Assembly: GCF_006345805.1 (NCBI RefSeq)
Contig: NW_021826996.1
Coordinates: forward strand, 1 to 11,429
Length of the DNA stretch: 11,429 nt
Direction of reading: 5' to 3'
Source of the DNA: Octopus sinensis
Taxonomy: Eukaryota
The notes under the pieces are model-generated. The model made no database searches. It was not told where the DNA came from and saw nothing but the letters and a program-made list of their open reading frames with translations. The stretch's first letter is position 1. Every line of letters starts with the position of its first letter. The position numbers and the translations under genes are program-made. Below, piece by piece: positions 1 through 8,861 of the stretch.

Positions 1-75
1 TCGGGAATGTAATAAATGAAGATGGAGTCGACCTTGAGGGTAATTGTACGAGATTGGAGTCAGCGGATTAATAAG

Positions 76-241
76 CGTGTGCGTGTGCGCGTGCATGTGT
101 GTGTGTGTATGTGTGAGGGAGAGAGGGGGGACGGAAGAAAGAGGAGAGAGAGACGAGATTAAACACTTTAAACGCTTCTATAGGAACATGCACACATACA
201 GACATACATTCACGAGAGCACACACACATACGTATATATAT
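76..241. repeat. Compound (GT)n/(GA)n/(CA)n/(TA)n microsatellite region
   Basis: Directly visible dinucleotide runs; explains ORF 44..277. Confidence 0.85.
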
Positions 242-242
242 A

Positions 243-639
243 CTAGCAGTATCGCCCGGCGTTGCTCAGGTTTGTAAGGGAAATAACAATATAAGCATTT
301 TTAGAGAGTTATAGCCAAAAAATAGCAAAAAAATGCATTAAAAATGGAAAAAAAATGATGGTAAATTTCTTTTAAATCGTTGACTCATCGTAGACTTTTT
401 AGAGAGTTACTTCCCTTATATAATAGCGAAAAAATGCATTAAAATGGAAAAAAATGATGGTAATTTTTTAAAAATCGTAGACTCATCGTAGACGCGCGCT
501 AATACCCAGAAGGGCTCGATATGAATCACGACTATAAGATACCCGAATTTGGTTAAACTGCACCGCAAAATGTGGGAGTAGTTAGGAATCTAAATCGTAT
601 GAGACAGACAGCACACAACCTCACTTTTATATATAAAGA
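243..639 (-). mobile_element. Non-autonomous Helitron
   Basis: Minus strand begins TC (639-638: TCTTTATATATAAAAGTGAGG) and ends CTAG (246-243), between host A (640) and T (242), with no TSD. A GC-rich hairpin CCTG-A-GC-AAC-GC-CGGG lies about 10 nt before CTAG. The 5' end could alternatively be at 649 (a second ATC in the TA run). Confidence 0.8.
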
Positions 640-640
640 T

Positions 641-646
641 ATATAT

Positions 647-701
<55 letters not shown>
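641..701. repeat. (TA)n microsatellite
   Basis: Long near-pure TA run. Confidence 0.95.
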
Positions 702-702
<1 letters not shown>

Positions 703-802
703 CATTTAGATATATACATATTTAATATCTGTATCCGGGGGTGTGGTGCATAAATATTATACAGCGCCATTGTTGGAATGAACGCAACGAAAATAATGAT
801 AC

Positions 803-1240
803 ATTTTAAACTTGCGAAAAGTTTTGCAACCTTATTTTCTGTTCGTGTTACGTGATTGTACTTGTAACAAGCGAGTTAGTCTGAGAACCCTAGCTTATCC
901 AGATTCTCATTTAGGCCCTTATTCACAAAATCAAGTGCACCAATTATTATTGGTGTAAATGTGGATTCACAATCTAAATATAGAAGCTGGAGATTTCGAA
1001 TCTGTTGCCCATATTTATTCTGTCTGATTTTCGAATAGATATTCGTATCAGCAGAACAGCTGACTTCCATGACGGTAGCTAAATTTTCTTGCCTGTCTCA
1101 GTTTGTTATGCTTCCACTTGACAGAGATTCTGATGGTCTGTTCCACCAGCATTCCATGTTCGTATGTGCATATGTGTACGAGTATATATGATACATATGC
1201 TGTGTCAACATTGCATATTACTTCTGGTGACATCTGTCAG
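803..1240 (-). mobile_element. Decayed C-terminal RLE domain of a non-LTR retrotransposon (R4/NeSL/HERO-like group)
   Basis: Manual minus-strand translation across frameshifts gives ...RISVKWKHNK / *DRQENLATVMEVSCSADTNIYSKIRQNKYGQQIRNLQLLYLDCESTFTPIIIGALDFVNKGLNENLDKLGFS / RLLQVQS...CKTFRKF. This matches the RLE pattern (PD)..W D..MEVSC.AD..K..KY..PIIIGALG, with stops and frameshifts. Confidence 0.7.
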
Positions 1241-1314
1241 ATAAGCAGACATACGTCGAGTCATTCGACCGTTCATTTCGTTTCAAAATGTGAGATCGCC
1301 TTCAATCAAATAAA

Positions 1315-1336
1315 TGTGTGTGTGTGTGTTGCATGA

Positions 1337-1378
<42 letters not shown>

Positions 1379-1385
1379 TATATAT

Positions 1386-1419
<34 letters not shown>

Positions 1420-1426
1420 ATATATA
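1315..1426. repeat. (TG)n then (TA)n microsatellite
   Basis: Directly visible. Confidence 0.9.
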
Positions 1427-1427
1427 A

Positions 1428-1623
1428 AAGTAATCCAAACAAAGAAAGCACAAAAAAAAAACACAACAACGCGAGGACGTGGAACAAATATAGTATTATT
1501 GGACGCTCAGAAAAGAAGGGAAGAAGGAGGGTTTAACGTTTCGAGCGGAGCTCTTCGTCGGATACATAGGAGAAGGAAAGATCCAAAGAAGGGAAGACAG
1601 AGGAAAAAAAATCGCCGACGGTA
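1428..1623 (-). mobile_element. Probable Penelope-like-element terminal fragment carrying a minimal hammerhead-like motif
   Basis: Complex island between two (TA)n tracts. Minus strand 1565-1531 reads GTAT-CCGACGA-A-GAGC-TCC-GCTC-GAAA-CGTT-AAAC, the architecture of PLE minimal hammerheads with a palindromic AACGTT stem III. Confidence 0.5.
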
Positions 1624-1972
1624 TATCCATATATATATATATGTACAAATATGTATGTCTGTATATACTCATATTATATAAATGTATATATATATATATT
1701 ATATGATATATATAATATATAATATATATATGTATATGTATATCTATATCTATCTATGTATCTATGTATCTATCTATCGATATATTATTATTATATATAT
1801 ATATATATATATACATACATATATATATATATGTACCCATACAACACACACACATTTATATTTGATTGAAGGCGAACTCAATATACATACACACACAACA
1901 CACACATTATATATAATGCATATATATAAAAACAGACTGACAGACGGACAGAAAGACAGACAGACGGACAAA
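1624..1972. repeat. Compound (TA)n/(TATC)n/(CA)n/(GACA)n microsatellites
   Basis: Directly visible. Confidence 0.85.
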
Positions 1973-2170
1973 ACGGAGATATGAAGAGAAAATAAACCAA
2001 AACCTGTTTCAACCAATGGAAAATACAGGTTTATTCTTCAGAAGTGGGAAACTAAGAGCGACGTCCAATCATTGGACATTGTTGGTAATTCCCTGTCTGT
2101 GATGTCTGCTTAGTAATTAGAGTTTAGGTGAGGCAGGTGAAACAGGTGAGAGGCTGAATGTTAACAGGTA

Positions 2171-2375
2171 TGCATGTGTGTGTGTGTGTGCGTGCGTGTG
2201 TGTGTGTGCCTGTGTGTTTGTGTGTGTGTGTGCCTTCGTGCAAGCGATTACATGTGGTCACAATTGCGTGTATCACGATGAATGCGTGTGCAATTTTAGA
2301 ATCTGTGTGTGTGTGCTTGGTATAGCACACACACACATACATACATACATACACACACATTTGTATATGTGTATG

Positions 2376-2423
<48 letters not shown>

Positions 2424-2653
2424 GGCGTAGATCTAGGTGTAATATCTGTTCTTATTACATTACATATATATATATGTGTGTGTATATATATATATATATG
2501 CCTATGTATATATATACATATGTATATATACATATATATATATATACGTATATATATATACTTATATATATATACATATATACATATATATATATGTATA
2601 TATACGTGTATATATATATATATATATACATAGACGTATATATATAGACATAC

Positions 2654-2698
<45 letters not shown>

Positions 2699-2705
2699 TG
2701 TGTGC
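2171..2705. repeat. Compound (TG)n/(CA)n/(TA)n/(TACA)n microsatellites
   Basis: Directly visible; source of the YI/CV/TH-repeat ORFs. Confidence 0.9.
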
Positions 2706-2823
2706 ATGAGTATGATATAAGCTGAAGGCAGAGAAGTTTATATGGAAGTTTCTAGAAGCAAAATCATTACAGACGTAAACAGCCTGTAGTAATCTGATCA
2801 ATTATTATCGTCTTTGTGATGCT

Positions 2824-3471
2824 CATGGCGGTGGTGGTGGTGGTGGTGGTGGTATTGGCGGCGACGGCGGCGGAGGCGATGGTGGTGGTGGTTGTGGTGA
2901 CGGCGGTGTTGGTGGTGGTAGTGGCTGTGATGGTAGTATTGGCGAATGTTTGGTAGTGGTGATGGTGGTGGTGGTGGTCGTCGTCGTGGTAATGTTGTGA
3001 TTGTGATGCTGTTGGTGGTAGTGGTTGCGGTGATAGTTGATGTGGTGATTGTCGAGGGTTGCAGCGGTAGTTGTGGAAGTAGTGTTGGTGGGTGTTGTAG
3101 CGGTGGTGGTTGTGGCAGTGGTGTAGTTTTGTTGTGGTGGTGTGGTAGTGGCTTTGGTTGTGGTGGTTGCAGTGATGGTCGTGGTCGTGGTTGGAGTGAT
3201 GGTTGTTTCGGTGGTAATGCTGGTGGCTGTGGTGGTAGTGGTGGTGGTGGGAGTGGTGGTGTTGGTGGTGGTGCTAGTTGTGGTTGTTGTGGTGGTGGTT
3301 GTGGTGGTGGCGGTGCCCGCGAGAAAATATTGATTATTGGTGTAGCGGTTGTAGTACTTGCTCTTCCTGTTGCTTTAATTGCTTTTAATGTTGTCGTTGT
3401 TGCTGTTGGTGTTCCTGCGATGACTGCTTCTGCTGCTGCTGTAGTTGTTGTTGTTGTTGTTGTTGCTGTTG

Positions 3472-3507
<36 letters not shown>

Positions 3508-3530
3508 CCGCCGCTGCTGTTGCTGTTGCA
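2824..3530. repeat. Degenerate trinucleotide low-complexity tract (GGT/GTT/GCT)n; resumes at 4801-4990
   Basis: Runs of GGT, GTT and GCT; the same composition resumes immediately after the SINE ending at 4800. Confidence 0.9.
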
Positions 3531-3704
3531 GTTGAGCGAACGGTCTTCGTCCCAGAGCTCGCAAGATGGGAGAAGTCCGAACCGTGGTCCTTTGCTATTC
3601 GTAAGACCCGCAGAAGAGAGAAAGCAGGTCAACCCCCGACACCGAGAGCATCGACGGATGGATGAATGCGCATCCGGGATCAGCGGTTGCGTAGGAAGTC
3701 GGGG

Positions 3705-4591
3705 GGATCTTTTCAATTCTGAAGCCAGTTTTTTCAAATTTTTCCTACTGAACCAAACAATTTGAAACTTCGTATACTGGTAGAATGTGTCAAAAGTAAA
3801 CTTAATTGTAAACCAGAATGAAAACGGAATTGTAACTTCTAAGTTTAACGTTGTTTAATAATTAGAATTTTAACCAATGATATTCCGTCATTCGGCTTTA
3901 TTTTATTTACTCCGTCTCGACCACCAATTTGGTGACGTATTAACATCTTAAATGTAAAACAAGCGCATGTCTCCGTGAAATCTCCTTCTAATTATTTAAC
4001 GTACTGATGTTTCCAGGATCCTATAGTCAGCCACCTTCTAATAACAATATTTCAAACTAGTTAATAAGCCACATGTATTAAATTGAAAATGTTTCCATTC
4101 TGTTAGTACTTGCTTTCGTTTGCTATTAAGAAGTGGCATCTCAGTGACGAGGCTTCTAACAAGATTTCGTTTCTAAGCTAATGCGTTTCATTTCACTTAT
4201 TGTATTTATTTGTGCAAAAGGCAAGAAATTTAATATTAAAAAAGCAAAGAGCTGGCAGAAACGTTAGCACGCCGGGCGAAATGCGTAGCTGTATTTCGTC
4301 TGCCGTTACGTTCTGTGTTTGTTTACAGTTTTCCGAACGTTAGTACGTCACAAAAGCGCTTTCTACGTCACACTAATAGAATGCAGTCAAGTTTTACACA
4401 TGAAAACAAACAATCTGATTGGTTAAAATTCGCAGTTTTAATCTACGATCAAAGTCATAAAATAGATTTTTCTCAAATAAACTAGTTCCAACCTGTGTCT
4501 TGTTTTGCTAGACTCTATCAGCATACGAAGTTTCAGAATATTTAGTTAAGTAGAAAGATCTGTGGTCCTGGCTTCAGAATTGAAAAGATCC
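3705..4591. mobile_element. Non-autonomous TIR DNA transposon (887 bp, 8-bp TSD, GG termini; Merlin- or Mutator-like)
   Basis: Perfect 24-bp terminal inverted repeats GGATCTTTTCAATTCTGAAGCCAG (3705-3728 / 4568-4591). Imperfect symmetry continues inward (TGAAACTTCGTAT; GAATTTTAACCAAT 160 nt from each end). Flanked by direct repeat AGTCGGGG (3697-3704, 4592-4599). No transposase ORF seen. Confidence 0.88.
4249..4319 (+). mobile_element. 5' fragment of a second tRNA-like SINE family inside the TIR element
   Basis: GAGCTGGCAGAAACGTTAGCACGCCGGGCGAAATGCGTAGCTGTATTTCGTCTGCCGTTACGTTCTG resembles decayed copies at 10343-10433 (-) and 11281-11429 (+). It stops at about the B-box position. Confidence 0.6.
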
Positions 4592-5001
4592 AGTCGGGGA
4601 GGACAAGAAACAGGAAGTAAGAGTGAGAGAAAGCTGGAGCGAAATAGTATTACAGGGGTCGCCACCACCCCCTGCCGGAGCCACGTGGAACTTTAGGTGT
4701 TTTCGCTCAATAAACACACACAACGCCCGGGCTGGGAATCGAAACCGCGATCCTCCGACCGCGAGTCCGCTGCCCTAACGACTGGGCCATTGCGCCTCCA
4801 TTGCTGTTGGTGCCTCTGAGATGGCTGCTGCTGCTGTTGTTGTTGTTGTTTTCGGGGGGGGGGGTCTTTCTCATTTTGTGCTTGTTGTTATTACAGTTCC
4901 TTGATTGCTAATATTGTTACTGTTTTTGTTCTCACTGCCACTGCTTTTGTTGTTGTTGTTGTTGTTGTTCTTGTTGTTGCCGTGGTTGTTTCTGCTATGA
5001 T

Positions 5002-5291
5002 GGCGCGTGGCCTAGTGCTCACGGTGTTCAATTCCCGCTTACGCGTTCTGTCCTTGAGCAAGATACTTTATTTTCACATCCCTCCAGTCCGCTAAGTTGG
5101 CAAAAATGCGTTGTAGCCTGTAATTCAAAAGGTCCAATCTTATCACACACTATGTCACACTAAATATCCCTGTAAACTACATTAAGGGCACCCGTGTCTG
5201 TGGAGTCCTCAACCACTTACACATTAAATTCACAAACAGGCTGTTCCATTGTTTGGATCAGCTGGAACGCTCGTCGTCGTAACCGACGGAG
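5002..5291 (+). mobile_element. Older SINE with a different, CORE-like head (head B) and tail 1
   Basis: Begins GGCGCGTGGCCTAGTG (A-box-like), then GTTCAATTCCC (B-box-like), then TGTCCTTGAGCAAGATACTTTA (resembles the CORE-SINE central motif). 5117-5291 aligns with 10159-10333, including CGTGTCTGTGGAGT and CTCGTCGTCGTAACCGACGGAG. Confidence 0.75.
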
Positions 5292-5571
5292 ACCCAGTTG
5301 TGGCTGTTGTTTTCTTAGGCGTGTTTTCTTTTTGCATTCTAAGTTAAACTACGGCTTTGGCCTTCTTAAGTCTTATGTTTAAATCGAATCATTGGTTTCC
5401 CACCATAACATGGTATCTCGGGCACCTTTAGCCGAAAACTCTGTTATAAGGATAGGGGCCAAGCTATCGGATGAGGAACATCCTTCTTCCAAAATTTCTT
5501 GGCATCCCTATAAAGAACCGGGCGTAATGCTTTTATTTACCCTTCAGTAAACGATGAAAAAAACTCTAGAG

Positions 5572-5574
<3 letters not shown>

Positions 5575-5618
<44 letters not shown>

Positions 5619-5703
5619 CATTATTATCATTATTATTATTATTATTATCATTATTATCATTATTATTATTATCATTATTATCATTATTATTATTATTATT
5701 ATT
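5575..5703. repeat. (ATT/ATC)n microsatellite; 3' tail/target of the adjacent element
   Basis: Directly visible. Confidence 0.95.
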
Positions 5704-6257
5704 GAGTGAGAGCAGTTCATGCCATCAAAGTGACACTGGGGTAAAATATACGAAGCCCAATATACCATCATGACTACCCGTCTGATAGGGTACACCAGGC
5801 ACATGCATCACAACCATATGTGCGCGACATGGTGATCTCATATCAAGATAAACAGCACATGACCTTGCATGTGGGGCCCAGTTAGAATTTTCTTCAGGTT
5901 GAGTAGCCCATCCCGCTCGAAAGGTCCCTGAATAAGGGTTGTTTAAGGATGTTGAAATAACCACCCATGTTTCCAAAGGTGAATTATCCAAAGCCCAAAA
6001 GAATCCCTCTCAACACATGGCTATGATGCTCCCCACTACTTCTGCTTGTGATCAGAGATGCACATATCGTCAGCCACTAAGGGACAGGCTCAACTGGTTA
6101 AGGTCAAACAACTGACAAGCAAATCTGTGGTATTAAGCAGAATATTTGCTGTAGCCCATCTTTTATACCAAGACAAAACAATGTACATGATAACACTTCC
6201 AATCAGTTAAGATCAGAAGCCATGAGAGCCACTGCCTGGTACTGCATCAGGGCATTT
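5704..6257 (-). mobile_element. About 550-bp non-coding element bounded by (TAA)n tracts; probable retroelement 3' UTR or non-autonomous partner
   Basis: Complex sequence with sharp boundaries to TAA repeats on both sides and no credible ORF or Pol III boxes. Orientation is inferred from the neighbouring LINE and the long tail at 5575-5703. Confidence 0.6.
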
Positions 6258-6278
6258 ATTATTATTATTATTATTATT

Positions 6279-7112
6279 CAGTAGTTTTATTTTTATAGCG
6301 TGCTTTCATTTCACTACCGAGCGCAGCTCTGTGTGCCTTGGGTATGTGCTGTGATTTGTTGTGATGCTCTGATGGTTATTGTATGGAAAGTGTTCTGCGT
6401 AGGATGTGTGCAGTGCCTAGTAGTGCAATTTTCTGTATGTTATATGTGTTTGTAAGTCCTGGTGTTTTTGTTATGTATTTGTCTGAATATTTTTTTATCA
6501 TGCCTGATGCACCTACTATGATAGGAATTGTTTCTGTTTTCAGATTGCACATTCTAGTTACCTCTATTTCCAGGTCTTTGTATTTTGAGAGTTTCTCCAT
6601 TTCTTTTAGAGACACGTTGTCATCTGCCGGTATTGATACATCAATTAGAAAGCATTTTTTTTCTTCATGATCTCTGACACTATATCTGGCCTGTTTGCCT
6701 TAATTTCTCTATCTGTGTGTATCGGCATATCCCAGAGTATGGTTGCTTTCTTCTCTTTTCTGTGACCTTTTCTGGTGTGTGCCTATACCATCTTTTTTCT
6801 GTTGTTATTCCATATGTTGGCATAGCTTCCAATGTATGTAGGTTCCAACTCTGTCATGTCTGTGAATATATTCCTTCTTAGCAGGACTGGGCAGCTAGAG
6901 ATAATATGATTTATTGTTTCTTGTCCATCTCCACATATTCTGCAGTTACTTGTAATATTTTTTTTTCATACATGTTTTTGGTAATTTCTGGTGGGGAGGC
7001 TTTGGTCTTGTGCTGCAATTAAAACCCTCTGTTTCTGCTTTGAGTCGAGCTTCTCAACCATTGCTGGGATTTTCTTTGTCTATTTCTTTTGCGTTAGTTT
7101 TAGTGCAGTATT
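6279..7112 (-). mobile_element. 5'-truncated, frameshifted R4/Dong-like non-LTR retrotransposon (CCHC zinc knuckle + RLE domain + 3' UTR)
   Basis: Minus-strand translation across frameshifts: IDKEK.SQQWLRS..LKAETEGF.IAAQDQSLPTRNYQKH..NCRICGDGQETINHIISSCPVL..KEYIHRHDRVGTYIHWKLC..ATILWDMPIHTDREIKANRPDI..CFLIDVSIPADDNVSLKEMEKLSKYKDLEIEVTRMCNLKTETIPIIVGASGMIKK..GTAHILRRTLSIQ*. Stop at 6378-6376, a 97-bp 3' UTR, then a (TAA)n tail at 6278-6258. Confidence 0.93.
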
Positions 7113-7208
7113 TATTTATATTATTATTATTATTATTATTATTATTTTATGATATTATTATTATTATTATTATTATTTTATTAATCATTATTATTATCAT
7201 CATTATTA

Positions 7209-7239
<31 letters not shown>

Positions 7240-7492
7240 TAGTATTATTATTATTATTTTTTCCTTTTTCTTCAAATTTTCTTTCGTTTCTCGCCGAGTG
7301 TTTTCCGTACACCTAGGGCAGAGAAACTCATTGTATGCATCATTATTATTATTATTATTGTTATTATTAATATTATTATTATCGTTATTATTATTATTAT
7401 TATTATTATTATTGCTATTACTATTATTATTGTTGTTGTTGTTGTTGTTGTTATTATTATTATTATTATTATTATTTTATATTTATTTATTT
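7113..7492. repeat. (TTA/TCA/TTG)n tract with an about 84-bp complex island at 7258-7341 (possible short retroelement 3' end, minus strand)
   Basis: Repeats directly visible. On the minus strand the island ends ...GAAGAAAAAGGAAAAAATAATAAT, running into TAA repeats like its neighbours. Confidence 0.75.
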
Positions 7493-7534
7493 ATTTACTT
7501 AATATATTTCTGTATCTCTGTTGTTGTGCTGTAG

Positions 7535-7673
7535 GACGGTCTGAAGAAGAGGATGGAACTGCTAAAGCGGAGTGTGATACAGGCCACAGAAGCTGTCAAT
7601 GAAGAACGGCAGAAAAACGTTGATCTTCTGCAGATGATATTTCCTTCGACAGTGGCTCAGAAGTTGTGGAGAG
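7535..7673 (+). CDS. GUCY1A: Internal exon of soluble guanylate cyclase alpha subunit (coiled-coil helix), 139 nt, phase 0 start and phase 1 end
   Basis: TAG acceptor (7532-7534) and GTAAGT donor (7674). Translates DGLKKRMELLKRSVIQATEAVNEERQKNVDLLQMIFPSTVAQKLWR(G), collinear with vertebrate alpha1 as I recall it ([47 protein letters not shown]). IFP and LW.G are alpha-type rather than beta-type. Missed by the ORF track. Confidence 0.95.
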
Positions 7674-7823
7674 GTAAGTGGAGGACTGTGGGAATGGTGG
7701 GAGTAGGAGAATGAGAAAGAGGGGTGAGATGATGGGTGTGGTAGGAGTTGGAGTATACGAGGGAGAGGAGATAACGAGTGTAGTGGGAACGAGAGGAACG
7801 AAATAGTTCTGTAAGTGAGTGCC

Positions 7824-8140
7824 TGAGTGAGTGAGTGAGTGAGTGAGTGAGTCAGTCAGTCAGTCAGCGACTAAATGTTTGAGTGAGTTAATGGGTGAAT
7901 GGATACTTGCGAGAGTATATATATATATATATATATATTATATATTATATATACATATATATATATATACATACATATATATACATGCATATATATAACA
8001 TATATATATATATATATTGTGTAATGTATGTATGTATGTATGTATATATATGTATGTATGTATGTATGTATATATATATATATATATGTGTTCTGTGTGT
8101 GTATATATATATATATATATGTTATATATATATATATATA
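7824..8140. repeat. (GAGT)n/(CAGT)n followed by (TA)n/(TATG)n microsatellites
   Basis: Directly visible. Confidence 0.85.
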
Positions 8141-8861
8141 AGTAAGGAAAAATTTTTTTTTAAATGCAGAATGCTCAAATGAAAGAAAATTTTAATAAAA
8201 TGAAAATTGATAAAATATATAAATATATATTTATTCAACCGGTTTTCGTCATTGTATGACTTGTCAAGAATATTTATGTTTTAAAAAGTTTTTTTTAAAA
8301 ATTAGAAAGGGGAAAAAAGAAAATTGCATTGTTTTTTTTTGCAAAAGAATAATGATAAAAATGTACAAAGAATTAAAAATATAAGTACTACCGATACATT
8401 GTGAGTTCGTTGTGTATCTTGAGTTTTATGATTGTTCACGAAAAAATTACCTTGAGGTATTAAGATCCAAAGGGATTAAGAGCATGTGTTGTGTGGTTTA
8501 ATTCAAGCATGTTGGCAGGACATATATATATATATATATATGAGGTCCTGGTAGGGTATACATGTAAGGTGTTTTCCCGGAAATACTCAATCCGAATTCC
8601 GGGCTATCAACACTGTCGAATTCCATACAAACACCGAAATTCTTCTGGTGTTGAAGACTCTGATTTCAAATAATTGTGTGAGTAGCACTTAATAAATTTG
8701 TTTGGAGTTACAAGTGTTTCATAACAGTTTGAATCAGCGTCACATGACTCACCGTTTCGTTAGCGCAGGGGACATGTTCATTTCGTCAGATGTTCAAAGG
8801 GGATTCTACGTCCGACGCATTAAACCAAATTTGTGTATGTATATCTATATTGTTGTCAGCC

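Larger units (their letters stand above)
3531..4800 (-). mobile_element. tRNA-derived SINE (head A + tail 3), interrupted by a TIR element at 3705-4591
   Basis: 4800-4604 is the reverse complement of the head seen at 9958 (TGGAGGCGCAATGGCCCAGT...TTCGATTCCC). Removing 3705-4591 and one AGTCGGGG copy joins it to a tail 3704-3531 that ends in a (CAA/CAG)-type repeat. Confidence 0.75.

Noticed and set aside
1999-2048. Second hammerhead-like arrangement on the minus strand (CTGAAGA...AACC/GGTT-GAAAC)
   Set aside because: Three extra nucleotides before stem II, no stem I and a non-palindromic stem III; at best a dead remnant or chance.
2041-2170. Possible upstream sGC exon (several AG/GT pairs around TTAGGTGAGGCAGGTGAAACAGGTGAG)
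   Set aside because: No frame resembles the expected PAS/H-NOXA end (DIPIH..RD..L.GEQ); the preceding exon is probably outside the window.
1302-2801. Many YI/CV/TH-repeat ORFs
   Set aside because: Translations of dinucleotide microsatellites.
2798-3765. Long ORFs on both strands (236 aa, 239 aa and overlapping ones) rich in Ala/Thr/Pro/Gly/Val/His
   Set aside because: They arise from stop-free trinucleotide repeats and run into a SINE tail; no domain, splice or codon evidence.
5725-5991. 88-aa minus-strand ORF
   Set aside because: Lies within the TAA-bounded repeat, has no recognisable motif and is likely incidental.
7010-7534. 174-aa hydrophobic ORF ending at the exon acceptor
   Set aside because: Poly-Ile/Leu from (TTA/ATT)n plus antisense LINE sequence; not a membrane protein.
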